Source: Methanomassiliicoccales archaeon (GTDB lineage: Archaea > Thermoplasmatota > Thermoplasmata > Methanomassiliicoccales > UBA472). Taken from it: a stretch of 64,000 nucleotides of DNA. A program made the translations under genes and the position numbers. Below the pieces are notes generated by a model. That model worked only from the letters and a program-made list of their open reading frames with translations, had not been told where the DNA came from and did no database searches. The stretch is from assembly GCA_040765825.1 (NCBI GenBank), contig JAXGRO010000001.1:46483-110482 (forward strand). Direction: 5' to 3'. Positions 7,710-16,861 of the stretch are shown here, in pieces (within the stretch, counting starts at the first letter, position 1; each line of letters opens with the position of its first letter).

Positions 7710-8598
7710 TGGCCTTCTGCGCGTGCAGGCGGTTCTCCGCCTGGTCCAGGACCACGGAGCGCTCGCTGTCGATGACCTCGTCGGTGATCTCCATGCCCCG
7801 GTGGGCCGGCAGGCAGTGCATGACGATGGCCTTTGGATCGGCCACGGACATGAGGCGGGAATTCACCTGATAGGGCTTGAATATCTTCTCCCTGAGCTTC
7901 TGCTCCTCCTCCTGGCCCATGGACACCCATACGTCCGTGTATACCACGTTGGCGCCCCTGGCCGCCTCCATGGGGTCCTCCACCAGGGTCAGATGGCAGC
8001 CGTTGCGTCCGGCGATCTCCATGGCCTTCTCGATCACCCCTGGATCGGGCTCGTACCCCTTGGGGCAGCCGCAGGCCAGGTCCATGCCCACCATGGCGCA
8101 CCCCAGCATGAGGGAGTTGCAGACGTTGTTGCCATCGCCCACGTAGGCCATCTTGACGCCCTTGAGCCTCCCCAGGTGCTCCTTAACCGTAAGCAGGTCG
8201 GCCATGATCTGGCAGGGATGCTCGAAGTTGTCCAGGCCGTTGATCACCGGCACGGTGGCGTGCTTGGCCAGCTCCTTGACCATGGTGTGCTCGAAGGCCC
8301 GGTACATGATGCCGTCGACATAGCGGGAAAGCACCCGGGCGGTATCGGCCACGGTCTCCCCCCGGCCCATCTGCAGGTCCTTGGTGTTCAGGGTGACGGC
8401 GAATCCGCCCAGCTCGATCATCCCCACCTCGAAGGATACCCTGGTGCGGGTGGATGACTTCTCGAATATCATGGCCAGGACCTTTCCCTTGAGCGGATGG
8501 GCGTCCAGGTCACGCTTTTTCTTCATCTCCTCGGCATCTCCCAAAATGTCCAGTATGTCGTCCTGGACGTCCAGCATGGTAATGAGGTCCCTCTTCAT
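7687..8598 (-). CDS. argF: Ornithine carbamoyltransferase
   Basis: It has the STRTR, HPCQ, DVWVSMG and HCLPAHRG motifs. The start was trimmed to ATG 8598 (MKRDLITMLD), which matches the usual OTCase N-terminus. Confidence 0.95.
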   Translation of the reverse strand: MKRDLITMLDVQDDILDILGDAEEMKKKRDLDAHPLKGKVLAMIFEKSSTRTRVSFEVGMIELGGFAVTLNTKDLQMGRGETVADTARVLSRYVDGIMYRAFEHTMVKELAKHATVPVINGLDNFEHPCQIMADLLTVKEHLGRLKGVKMAYVGDGNNVCNSLMLGCAMVGMDLACGCPKGYEPDPGVIEKAMEIAGRNGCHLTLVEDPMEAARGANVVYTDVWVSMGQEEEQKLREKIFKPYQVNSRLMSVADPKAIVMHCLPAHRGMEITDEVIDSERSVVLDQAENRLHAQKAIMVALMS

Positions 8599-8753
8599 CC
8601 TTCGCACCGTTCTATCATTCACCAGGGCGATGATATTGCTATCGCCGGGGGTGTGTAGGATTCAACCCTCCGTAATAAATGAGATGACAGGGGTGCAACA
8701 AACCAGCGACTTTTTGTCCGTCGATGGTCGGAACGGGAGCGGAGACCCGATGG

Positions 8754-9554
8754 TCACGGAAGCAGATCGTAGCCGAACGGGATGAAGGAGAACAGGAAGA
8801 AGTTCAGCAGTCCGTGCATGAGGGCCACCAGCCCCAGGCTTCCGCTGCGCTCGTAAACGTAGGCCAGAACGAGGCCGACCCCGAACACGAACACCAGGTA
8901 GGGAAGGCTGCGATAACCCGAGTGCATGATCGAGAAGAGCAGGGCGGAGGTGAAAACGGCCGCGGCCCTTCCATAGGTGGGGGTGATGGCGCTCTGCAGC
9001 AGACCGCGGAACACCAGCTCCTCCCCGAAGCCCACGAAGGCCACCATGACCACCAGGAGCAGGGTAAGGTCCCTGGGGCCCAGATCGTGGACCAGGGCCT
9101 CATTCCCCAGCACGGCGAACTCCAGGTTGGCGCAGAGGTAGCCGAAGATTATGGCGAGCAGCAGGAACTCCCACCGCCAGGTGACCTTGTCCCTCAGCCC
9201 CCGGCCGTTCAGGAATCCCGCGAGGTTGCGCCAGTGCAGCCCGCCTGCATCGACCACCGTCTGACGCCAGACTATGTAACCGGCGATTATAATGGGCACG
9301 TAAACGAAGGGCATCCAGAGCAGGGTCTGGGTGAAGAACACCGGCATGCCCACGTTCAAAACCCTCAACAGGGATATCAGGGCGAAGGACTGGTAGAGCA
9401 GCATGCGCCTCTCCGCCCATACCGGTATGAGGATGCAGAGGAAGATGTTGAGGGCGTGCAGCCCCAATGCGCCCTCGGCGCTCCCGGAGAAGAAGAACGC
9501 CTCGGCTACGGTGATGACGAACACAGGTAGCAGCAGGGCGAGCTTATCCCGCAT
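8754..9554 (-). CDS. CPBP (CAAX/Abi) family intramembrane metalloprotease
   Basis: Polytopic protein with the signature motifs GFGEELVFRGLL, FSIMH and ALMHGLLNF. The ATG is at 9554. Confidence 0.85.
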   Translation of the reverse strand: MRDKLALLLPVFVITVAEAFFFSGSAEGALGLHALNIFLCILIPVWAERRMLLYQSFALISLLRVLNVGMPVFFTQTLLWMPFVYVPIIIAGYIVWRQTVVDAGGLHWRNLAGFLNGRGLRDKVTWRWEFLLLAIIFGYLCANLEFAVLGNEALVHDLGPRDLTLLLVVMVAFVGFGEELVFRGLLQSAITPTYGRAAAVFTSALLFSIMHSGYRSLPYLVFVFGVGLVLAYVYERSGSLGLVALMHGLLNFFLFSFIPFGYDLLP

Positions 9555-9649
9555 CAACTGGTGATTGATGGACCTTGATTATGAACTATTCCCCGGGAGG
9601 AGTTAAAAAAAATAAAAGAAAGGAGGATTGGTCAGCGGCAGGCACCGGT

Positions 9650-9718
9650 TCAGGCGCGCAGGAAGAAAATGTTCCCGTTGACTATTACGAAGTTAGGTTG
9701 ACCGTTATTCTTTTTCAT
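9650..9718 (-). CDS. Candidate 22-aa micro-ORF upstream of CPBP gene
   Basis: The peptide is MKKNNGQPNFVIVNGNIFFLRA with a TGA stop. GGTGA lies 6 nt upstream of the ATG, and a TATA-like gattatacc is further upstream. A U-rich tract (rc of 9604-9622) follows the stop. A competing SD-led tiny ORF exists on the plus strand, so this call is tentative. Confidence 0.3.
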   Translation of the reverse strand: MKKNNGQPNFVIVNGNIFFLRA

Positions 9719-9836
9719 CTCTTTTCACCCCTGCAATCTATTCATATCGGTATAATCGCATTTGAACGATGATTGAAATAATATTTAATCATTACCTTCG
9801 TACTAAAACGTTAAAAATACATTTTAGTGGTGTATA

Positions 9837-10409
9837 ATGACCGAGATCGGCGTTGAACAGATAAAGGTGCTGTCGGACCCCAACCGACTGGCCATCCTAT
9901 CCTTGCTAGCCATAAGAGAGATGACCACCACGGCCATTGCCGATATCCTGGGATTGAGCGTTCAGAACGCCCAGTACCATATCAAGAAGCTTCTGGAGGC
10001 CGAGCTCATCATCCCTACGAGGACGGAACTGGTGGGAAACCTGGTGGAGAAGTACTACCGCTCCGCATTCGAGCCGGGGATCATGGGGGACGCCGCCGGG
10101 GTCAGCTCAGTGGACATCTCCGAGAGGCTGAACATCGTGTTCGCGGCCCTGGGGGCCATCAAGGGCATCCTCAACCGCGGCATCCGCACCTTGGATGAGC
10201 GCAAGGATTACTTCATGAACGTGGCTGAACGGCCGAACTATCCCTTCGGGGCCAACTACGTCGTCCTGCCGGTGAGCGATTCCGCGGCCCAGGACGCGGA
10301 GAGGCTCATCACCGACCTCGACGACCGGCTGAAGGAGCTCTCCGACAAGCACCCCGAGGAGGGGAAGCCCAAGTTCGCCATACTCTACACGGTGTTCCCG
10401 TTCGAATGA
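9837..10409 (+). CDS. ArsR-like wHTH transcriptional regulator
   Basis: 190 aa. The N-terminal LSDPNRLAILSLLAIREMTTTAIADILGLSVQNAQYHIKKLLEAELI is an ArsR-type HTH. It is preceded by a 280-bp AT-rich spacer. Confidence 0.75.
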   Translation: MTEIGVEQIKVLSDPNRLAILSLLAIREMTTTAIADILGLSVQNAQYHIKKLLEAELIIPTRTELVGNLVEKYYRSAFEPGIMGDAAGVSSVDISERLNIVFAALGAIKGILNRGIRTLDERKDYFMNVAERPNYPFGANYVVLPVSDSAAQDAERLITDLDDRLKELSDKHPEEGKPKFAILYTVFPFE

Positions 10410-10456
10410 GAAGGCGAATGTTTAATAGGATGAAAGCGTTGACGAAATTCCATCAT

Positions 10457-10531
10457 GGCCGGGATGGGGTAGCCTGGTTATCCTTGGGGATTGTGGATCC
10501 CCGGACCCGCGTTCAAATCGCGGTCTCGGCC
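10457..10531 (+). tRNA. tRNA-His (anticodon GTG) with genome-encoded G-1
   Basis: The cloverleaf was read by eye. It has G-1 and the acceptor stem GCCGGGA/TCTCGGC. The D arm carries A14, G18G19 and A21. The anticodon stem is GGGGA/TCCCC with loop TTGTGGA, and the T arm is CCGCG-TTCAAAT-CGCGG. Discriminator C73 sits opposite G-1, the His identity element. No CCA is encoded. Confidence 0.9.
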
Positions 10532-11709
10532 CCTTCTTTTCCTATAACGATGTCGATGCCCCTCTCCAATATGGCCCTCTGTCTTTCCGATAGGGCCATT
10601 GGGTCCACCGTGACCAGCAGGATGGCCCCCTCCACCACGGCCATGTCCCGAAGCTGGCCCAGGAACTTCAGGACCCGGGTGATGTCGTTGTTGACCAGGA
10701 GGTATTCCAGGCCATCGATGGCAACCAGCGAGGGACCTTTCCTCAGGAACTCGGTGGTCATGTGCGTCAGCATCTGCAGGTTGCCGGGATGGACGTTGTT
10801 GGGGCCCGGCGTCTCCGCCAACCAGAGAAAGGGCGTCCTGGTGAGTTCGTAACGGGACCTCAGCTGGTCCGGGTGCGTCCGGCTTATGATCAGGGCGGGG
10901 AGCCCCTCTACCATGCGATTCAACAGGGCGTTGTACATGCCCTCCGGCCCCTTGGACTCGAAGAGATAGGAACGACCGGACTCCAGTTCAACCGAGGGGG
11001 CGGAATGGAGCGGGGCCTTCTCGCTGACCCTCGGAGGGACCAGCAGGTCGTAGCGCAGTATGCCGAAGGAGATGACCACCACCGAGACCAGCTCCCCCAG
11101 GCCGAACAGCCTGGGCATGTTCAGAACGGTGGCCGTGAGCACGATGAGGATGGCCATGTAGACCATGGGGAAGGCCAGGGAGAAGGTGAGCAGCAGGGCC
11201 TGCTTGGCGCCTCTCTGGTCCAGGCGGGGGAGCTTGCGCCGCAGGGATATGGTCATGAAGGTGGTGTATGCCATCATGCACAGGACCATGGCCGCATAGG
11301 GCCAGTTGGCCTCGGGTACCCAGCCGTGATCGTCCCTGCGCATCCCCCAGACGGTGAGCCCGGAAATGGCGGCGATGGTGGTGACCAGGATCCAGAAGGG
11401 GCGGCCGTTCAGCCATTTGAAGATCATACCGCTGTCATACGGCACCATGGCGGCCAGTCTATATCCCACACCCATCTCGATCACCAGCAGCAACACCAGC
11501 AACCGGAAGGTCCAGGCCGCGGCCGCCTCCCCGGTCAGGCTGTGCATGAGCATGTCAAGCAGGCTGCCGATGGCCACCAATATTGAGAACGCGAAGAAGA
11601 TGCGGTTCACCGAAGAGCCCGGGGCCCTGCTCAGCACAAAGGCTCCGAGAAGCAGCTCGGTCAGCGAGATGCCTATGAACAATGGTGTGTGGGGGCAGAG
11701 CTCTATCAT
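10513..11709 (-). CDS. Seven-TM membrane protein with C-terminal DUF835 domain
   Basis: The start was trimmed to ATG 11709 (MIELCPHTPLFIG) because the upstream part of the 509-aa ORF is antisense to rtcB. It has seven hydrophobic helices followed by a DUF835-like region (LIISRTHPDQLR...WLAE...DGLEYLLVNN...LLVTVDP). The last 19 nt overlap tRNA-His in antisense. Confidence 0.8.
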   Translation of the reverse strand: MIELCPHTPLFIGISLTELLLGAFVLSRAPGSSVNRIFFAFSILVAIGSLLDMLMHSLTGEAAAAWTFRLLVLLLVIEMGVGYRLAAMVPYDSGMIFKWLNGRPFWILVTTIAAISGLTVWGMRRDDHGWVPEANWPYAAMVLCMMAYTTFMTISLRRKLPRLDQRGAKQALLLTFSLAFPMVYMAILIVLTATVLNMPRLFGLGELVSVVVISFGILRYDLLVPPRVSEKAPLHSAPSVELESGRSYLFESKGPEGMYNALLNRMVEGLPALIISRTHPDQLRSRYELTRTPFLWLAETPGPNNVHPGNLQMLTHMTTEFLRKGPSLVAIDGLEYLLVNNDITRVLKFLGQLRDMAVVEGAILLVTVDPMALSERQRAILERGIDIVIGKEGAETAI

Positions 11710-11832
11710 TTCCGCCTCTGAAAGGATTCGCCCGCGATTATTTAATGGTGCTATATGCGGAAGGTGATGCGTGAGAACACGGTTTCCTATAAATGATGGA
11801 AGCTGCATGGGTTTTCCGCCGAGGATGAGGAA
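11710..11832. promoter_or_regulatory. Divergent promoter region (DUF835 gene / rtcB)
   Basis: For rtcB, ctataaat (11787-11794) lies 39 nt upstream of the ATG, with gaggatgagg as the SD. For the DUF835 gene, attaaataat (rc of 11737-11746) lies ~27 nt upstream of its ATG. Confidence 0.45.
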
Positions 11833-13287
11833 ATGAGCTGGAACGGACCCCTGGAAAAGGTCGATGACTATCGCTGGAAGATCCCCCGCACCTACAAGGA
11901 CTGCATGAACACCGACGCGATCGTCTTCGCCGACGAGAAGATGATCAGGACCATCACCTCCGACAACTCCCCGGAGCAGGCGGCCAACGTGGCCTGCCTT
12001 CCCGGGATTGTCGGGAACTCCATGGCCATGCCCGACATCCACTGGGGATACGGGTTCCCCATCGGCGGCGTGGCGGCCATGGACGCCGAGGAGGGGGTGA
12101 TATCACCAGGGGGCATCGGTTTCGACATAAACTGCGGGGTGAGGCTGATCTCCACCAACCTGAGGGAGTCGGACGTCGCCCCCAGGATAAAGGAGCTGAT
12201 CAACACCCTGTTCCAGAACGTGCCCGCTGGCGTGGGCTCCAAGGGCGTGGTGGACGTGGCCGCCAGCCAGATCGACCGCATCCTGGAGGAGGGTGCGGAG
12301 TGGGCGGTGGCCGAGGGTTTCGGCTGGGAGGAGGACCTGGACCGCACCGAGGAGAACGGGCGCCTGAAGATCGCCGACGCCTCCAAGGTCTCCGGGAAGG
12401 CCAAGCAGCGCGGGGTGCCCCAGGTCGGCTCCCTGGGCTCCGGGAACCACTTCCTGGAGGTGGACAGGGTGGAGAAGATATTCGACCCCCGGGCGGCCAA
12501 GGCCTTCGGGCTGGAGGAGGAGGGACAGATAACCGTCTCCATCCACTGCGGCTCCCGCGGCTGCGGGCACCAGATCGCCACCGACTACCTTCAGGTCATG
12601 GAGCGAGCGGTAAAGGGCAGCGGGCTGAAGCTGCCGGACCGCCAGCTGGCCTGCGCGCCGGTGAACTCCCGCGAGGGGCAGGATTACTATGCGGCCATGG
12701 CCTGCGGGGCCAACTACGCCTGGGCCAATCGGCAGATGATCATGCACTGGGTCAGGCAGTCCTTCGAGAAGGTGTTCTCCCGCAGCGCTGAGGACATGGA
12801 GATGGGCTTGGTGTACGACGTGGCGCACAACATCGCCAAGGTTGAGGAGCATCTGGTCGAGGGTGCGAGGCGCAAGGTGTACGTGCACCGCAAGGGGGCC
12901 ACCAGGGCCTTTCCGAGCGAGCATCCCGAGGTCCCGTCCATTTACCGCTCCGTGGGCCAGCCTGTGCTGATCCCCGGGGACATGGGCACCGGCTCGTATG
13001 TGCTGGTGGGGACCGAGCAGGCCATGAGGGAATCGTTCGGCTCCACCTGCCACGGGGCCGGCCGGGTAATGTCCAGGGAGGCGGCCATCCGTTCCTATTC
13101 CGTGAAGGCGATCACGCAGGAGATGGAGTCCAAGGGGATCTACCTCAAGGGGAGCACCCGGGACGGAATTCAGGAGGAGGCCCCGGGGGCCTACAAGGAC
13201 ATTGACGACGTGATCCGGGTGGTGGTCGGCGCCGGCCTGTCCAGGCCGGTGGCCAAGCTCACGCCCCTGGGAGTGATGAAGGGTTAA
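11833..13287 (+). CDS. rtcB: RNA-splicing ligase RtcB
   Basis: 484 aa with the RtcB hallmarks MPDIHWGYGFPIGG, GGIGFDINCGVR, GSGNHFLE and GDMGT. The length gives no sign of an intein. Confidence 0.95.
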   Translation: MSWNGPLEKVDDYRWKIPRTYKDCMNTDAIVFADEKMIRTITSDNSPEQAANVACLPGIVGNSMAMPDIHWGYGFPIGGVAAMDAEEGVISPGGIGFDINCGVRLISTNLRESDVAPRIKELINTLFQNVPAGVGSKGVVDVAASQIDRILEEGAEWAVAEGFGWEEDLDRTEENGRLKIADASKVSGKAKQRGVPQVGSLGSGNHFLEVDRVEKIFDPRAAKAFGLEEEGQITVSIHCGSRGCGHQIATDYLQVMERAVKGSGLKLPDRQLACAPVNSREGQDYYAAMACGANYAWANRQMIMHWVRQSFEKVFSRSAEDMEMGLVYDVAHNIAKVEEHLVEGARRKVYVHRKGATRAFPSEHPEVPSIYRSVGQPVLIPGDMGTGSYVLVGTEQAMRESFGSTCHGAGRVMSREAAIRSYSVKAITQEMESKGIYLKGSTRDGIQEEAPGAYKDIDDVIRVVVGAGLSRPVAKLTPLGVMKG

Positions 13288-14606
13288 AGGTCGGAGATGG
13301 TCCTGGCGGCCGCCCGGCCCACCCGCTCCACGTACCCCTGCGGGCAGGAGACCATCACCGCCCAGTCCTGGACCCCCCGGGACTGCAGCGCCTTGCTTAT
13401 GGGGCTGAGGCGGGTGAGAGGGCGCACCTTCCCCCCGTTGAGGATGGGGACCTCGGTCTTGCCCCGGCGGGCCTGGCCGGTGATGAGCTCGCGTGATGGA
13501 ACGTCCAGTATGACCTCGGATATGTCCACTGAGGCCCGGTCGGCGATCAGCTCCTCCACGGACTTGCGCTTCCTGTAGTCGGTGAGGCGGACCAGGCCGT
13601 CCACGTCCTCCTCGGTCAGGTCCGGGATGTACACGGAATGCGCCCTCTTGTACAGGTGGCGGTACTTGATCATGGTGGCCATCCGCTCCGGGCGTCCCCC
13701 TTGGGCCACCAGCCGTTCCATGAGCGAGGCGTCGTTCTCCGCCTGGATGCCCTCGACGATGGACTCGTCGGCCAGCTCCAGGGCCTTGCACAGCATCATC
13801 TCGGCGATGCGCACGGTCTTGTGGAAGTACACGGAGGTGTACATCAGGGCCCGGGCCACCATCAGCCCCTCGGCGGCCACCATGCCCCCCTTGCGCACCA
13901 CGATGTCCCCGTGATGCAGCGCGATGGTATGCACCAGCCGGTCGATGTCGATGGCCCCGTGGGCCACCCCGGTGTAGTGGGCGTCGCGAAGCAGGTAGTC
14001 CATCTGGTCGGCGTCCACCGGGCCGTGTATCATCTGGTTGAGGTGATCCCGGGAGTTGAAATGGGATTGCCCGCCGGCCTCGGTCACCAGCCGCTGCCCC
14101 CTCCGGGCCTTGTGCCCCGGGGAGACGATGATGTCGGAAACGTCCTCGGATGATATCCCGGCCCTGTCAAGGACCTCGCATATCGGCTCCAGTTCGGGCA
14201 TGTGGACCCTCTCGCCCTGGCGGTACACCGTCCTCTCCCCCCGCACCAGGGAGGCCCCCAGCTCCATGTGGTCCAGGGAGAAGCGGTTCTCCAGCACCTC
14301 CTCCAGGGTGTGCGAGAACGGTGTGTGGCCGACGTCGTGCAGCATGGCCGCGGCCAGGGCCTGATCGCGGTCCTCCTGGTCCAGGCCCAACGCCTGGCAC
14401 ATGAGGTCGGCCACATGATACGTGCCGAGCGAGTGTTCGAAGCGGGTATGGTTGGCCCCCGGGAAGACCAGATGGGCCAGGCCCAGTTGCTTTATCCCGT
14501 GCAGCCGCTGAAGCTCGGGGCGATGAAGAAGTTCCAGGAACACACCGCTGACCTTGACGCTGCCGTGCACGCTGTCGTGGATAATCTTGTGCTCTGGAAC
14601 GGACAT
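13284..14606 (-). CDS. HD-domain phosphohydrolase (COG1078, dGTPase/SAMHD1-like family)
   Basis: 440 aa with RFEHSLGT and MLHDVGHTPFSH. Its stop overlaps the rtcB stop within the palindromic TTAA. Confidence 0.85.
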   Translation of the reverse strand: MSVPEHKIIHDSVHGSVKVSGVFLELLHRPELQRLHGIKQLGLAHLVFPGANHTRFEHSLGTYHVADLMCQALGLDQEDRDQALAAAMLHDVGHTPFSHTLEEVLENRFSLDHMELGASLVRGERTVYRQGERVHMPELEPICEVLDRAGISSEDVSDIIVSPGHKARRGQRLVTEAGGQSHFNSRDHLNQMIHGPVDADQMDYLLRDAHYTGVAHGAIDIDRLVHTIALHHGDIVVRKGGMVAAEGLMVARALMYTSVYFHKTVRIAEMMLCKALELADESIVEGIQAENDASLMERLVAQGGRPERMATMIKYRHLYKRAHSVYIPDLTEEDVDGLVRLTDYRKRKSVEELIADRASVDISEVILDVPSRELITGQARRGKTEVPILNGGKVRPLTRLSPISKALQSRGVQDWAVMVSCPQGYVERVGRAAARTISDL

Positions 14607-14637
14607 GGGAGGGGTTTAGCCCGGCCTCACGGCCGGT

Positions 14638-15015
14638 TCACTGGTAGCCGCCCTTTATCTTCTTCCGGTCGATGCGGATTCCGTTGGGGGCCACGACGAT
14701 GAAGTTGTTCCCGATGGCCGCCACATCCCCGTTGGTGTCCCTGGCCACCGACTTCAGCTCGTTGGTGATGCGCTTCAGGGTGTTCGTGTCATTGGCGATG
14801 GGGGAATAATCGATCATCAGGATGTTGCCCTGATAGACCGGCTGGGTTATCGGGCCCACGTCCTCGTAGCGGTAGATCTCGGCCACCTTGATCCCTCCGG
14901 CGGAGATCGTGCTCTCGTCCTGGAAGTACAAGGCTCCGAGGTCGATGTACTGGTCGGTCTCCACGCTCTTGACTTCTTCCTTCGCCTTTCCCAGCGGCTT
15001 CTTCAGAATCGGCAT
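14638..15015 (-). CDS. sepF: Archaeal cell-division protein SepF (DUF552)
   Basis: 125 aa. The pattern IKVAEIYRYEDVGPITQPVYQGNILMIDYSPI...GDVAAIGNNFIVVAPNGIRI fits the SepF core. Confidence 0.8.
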   Translation of the reverse strand: MPILKKPLGKAKEEVKSVETDQYIDLGALYFQDESTISAGGIKVAEIYRYEDVGPITQPVYQGNILMIDYSPIANDTNTLKRITNELKSVARDTNGDVAAIGNNFIVVAPNGIRIDRKKIKGGYQ

Positions 15016-15089
15016 TGCATCCCTCGGTTGGCAGAGTTATGGCGTCTAATCAATATTAATCTATCTCACTTTGAGCACCCCAGAGTGCC

Positions 15090-15584
15090 TCACCTCTCGT
15101 CGAACTTCCATATCTTGTCGCCCACGAAGTGCAGGTTCTTGATGGCCTTACCGGGGGCCTTGGCGGCCATGACCTCCGCGGAGACCAGGGCCTTTCCGAC
15201 CGCCAGGGGGCGCTTGTGCGTGACGTCCCTGATCCACACCAGATCGCCCTCCCTGACCGCGGGGTCCACCTCCACTATCCCCGGGGCCATGACATCGGCC
15301 CCGTTGGTCACGTAGGGAACGGCCCCCATGTCCACGGTGACGTAGCGTTTGGAGGCCTTGCGCTTGAGCAGCCCGCGCACGGCCAGGAAGGGATGGCCTT
15401 CCACGATGATTCCCTCTATGACGTTATTCACGAACACCAGTTCGAAGTCCGGCCCCTCGGCGGTGTCCACGGTGTCCTTGGGGGTCAGGGGTTCGATCCC
15501 CAGCACCTCCACCATCGTCTCCGTGAGCGCCTTGAGCTCCTTCTCCCGCAGCCTCTTGCGCTTCCTGACCCTTATCTCGCTCAC
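15090..15584 (-). CDS. PUA-domain RNA-binding protein (COG2016, MCT-1/Tma20-like)
   Basis: The C-terminal PUA-like region is GADVMAPGIVEVDPAVREGDLVWIRD...PLAVGKAL. The track start (TTG 15632) gives an odd CCC-containing leader. I prefer GTG 15584 (VSEIRVRKRKRL), but the start remains uncertain. Confidence 0.7.
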   Translation of the reverse strand: MSEIRVRKRKRLREKELKALTETMVEVLGIEPLTPKDTVDTAEGPDFELVFVNNVIEGIIVEGHPFLAVRGLLKRKASKRYVTVDMGAVPYVTNGADVMAPGIVEVDPAVREGDLVWIRDVTHKRPLAVGKALVSAEVMAAKAPGKAIKNLHFVGDKIWKFDER

Positions 15585-15670
15585 GTCCTCGGTTATGCAA
15601 CAGCAAGCAATTATCTTTTTTGATGCCAGCAATTAGATAAATTCATAAGCCCGCAAATAAATTGGAGGAC

Positions 15671-16861
15671 ATGAAACTCCCCTTGGTGGCCACCCGTTTG
15701 ATCATCATCGCCTTCAAGCTGATGGTGGCGGCGATCGTCGTTCTGAGCATACTGCCGCTGCTTACCGGAGGCATTGGGCTGGACATGGACGATGGCAGCG
15801 AGGGTGGAATGACGCTCGACGGGAGCGTCATCCGCGTACAGATGCCGATAACCGTCCGCAATGATGGGACATTCGACATCAACGACCTTCAGGTGTCCTT
15901 CATATTCATGAACGAGGACGGGGACGTGCTGGCGGAGAGCGAGGGAGAGCAGATGGACATACCCGCCGGGCGGGAGACCGAGATCACCATAGGATTGGCC
16001 CTGGACCTTCTCGATCTGGAGAGGCAGGTCCGTTCCGACCTCATATTCAACGGCACGGAGATGATGTTCGATGCCACGATCTCCGCGAAGTACACCCTGG
16101 ACATGGTTCAGCTCAGCGTGGAGGTCGGAAGCGACATGGAATGGGGCCCCTTCGTGAGCGACCTGCAGGTGGAGGCCTGGAACGCCCAGGCCATGGAGGA
16201 GGGCGGCGAGCGGTACATGTACGTTCCGTACTCCTTCCAAGCCGATGATGTGCTGGCCGGGCTTGAAACGCTCACCATCACCGAGTACAGGGACGAGAGC
16301 GGATATTCCAGCAATATCACCCAATCCGTCCAACTGTCGCCGCAGGTCAACGAGATGGCCAAGATCCCCCTTTCGCAGGAGGCTTACAACCGTTACATCA
16401 ACGGGACCGCCAATGCCACCGTGCGCACCACCCTGTACGTCCTGGACTGCTCCACCTATGACCAGGAGGGCCTGGTCGCCGGAGGGGGCGGCGGTGGAGG
16501 CGGGGCGGACCCGGTCAGGGACCTGAATGTTCAGCTGTTCAACTCGTACCTGCAGGAGATGGGCGGTGAGTATTACGTGGTGATGCCGTACAGCTTCAAC
16601 ACCGATCCGGCCTATCAGGGCCAGGAGGCCCAGGTGCTCATCGAGTACTGGGACGAACATGGGTTCACAACCAACACCTGGCAGACGGTCAACCTGTGGG
16701 ATGGCAGCTGGTACGAACCCTGGCTGCCCCTATCCCAGGAGGCGTATGACCGGGTGCTCAACAACGATGAGCTGGTACACGTCCGGGTGACCGTGTATCA
16801 TCAATCGTGGAACACCTTCGTCGAGGAATCCTATCACGAGCCGTGGGGGGTGGGCCCATGA
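15671..16861 (+). CDS. Membrane-anchored extracytoplasmic protein with tandem 120-aa internal repeat, unknown function
   Basis: ATG 15671 is preceded by GGAGG, and an N-terminal TM anchor follows. PYSF (nt 16226 and 16586) and PLSQEAY (nt 16367 and 16727) both recur exactly 360 nt apart. The two repeats are joined by a Gly8 linker (16481-16504). Confidence 0.75.
   Translation: MKLPLVATRLIIIAFKLMVAAIVVLSILPLLTGGIGLDMDDGSEGGMTLDGSVIRVQMPITVRNDGTFDINDLQVSFIFMNEDGDVLAESEGEQMDIPAGRETEITIGLALDLLDLERQVRSDLIFNGTEMMFDATISAKYTLDMVQLSVEVGSDMEWGPFVSDLQVEAWNAQAMEEGGERYMYVPYSFQADDVLAGLETLTITEYRDESGYSSNITQSVQLSPQVNEMAKIPLSQEAYNRYINGTANATVRTTLYVLDCSTYDQEGLVAGGGGGGGGADPVRDLNVQLFNSYLQEMGGEYYVVMPYSFNTDPAYQGQEAQVLIEYWDEHGFTTNTWQTVNLWDGSWYEPWLPLSQEAYDRVLNNDELVHVRVTVYHQSWNTFVEESYHEPWGVGP

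Noticed and set aside
10406-10852. 148-aa plus-strand ORF
   Set aside because: It runs straight through tRNA-His and is antisense to the DUF835 gene. It has no coding signature.
12103-13791. 562-aa minus-strand ORF spanning rtcB and the HD gene
   Set aside because: It is Arg/Gly/Pro/His-rich low-complexity sequence, antisense to the strongly supported rtcB. This is a typical high-GC shadow ORF.
13284-14606. HD-domain gene as a dNTP-depleting defence enzyme because of SAMHD1/dGTPase similarity
   Set aside because: COG1078 HD proteins are widespread housekeeping genes in archaea. The flanks (rtcB, sepF) are core genes and no defence neighbours are present.
16481-16504. GC-rich run ggagggggcggcggtggaggcggg as a repeat element or G-quadruplex
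   Set aside because: It is in frame and encodes the Gly8 linker between the two protein repeats of gene A.
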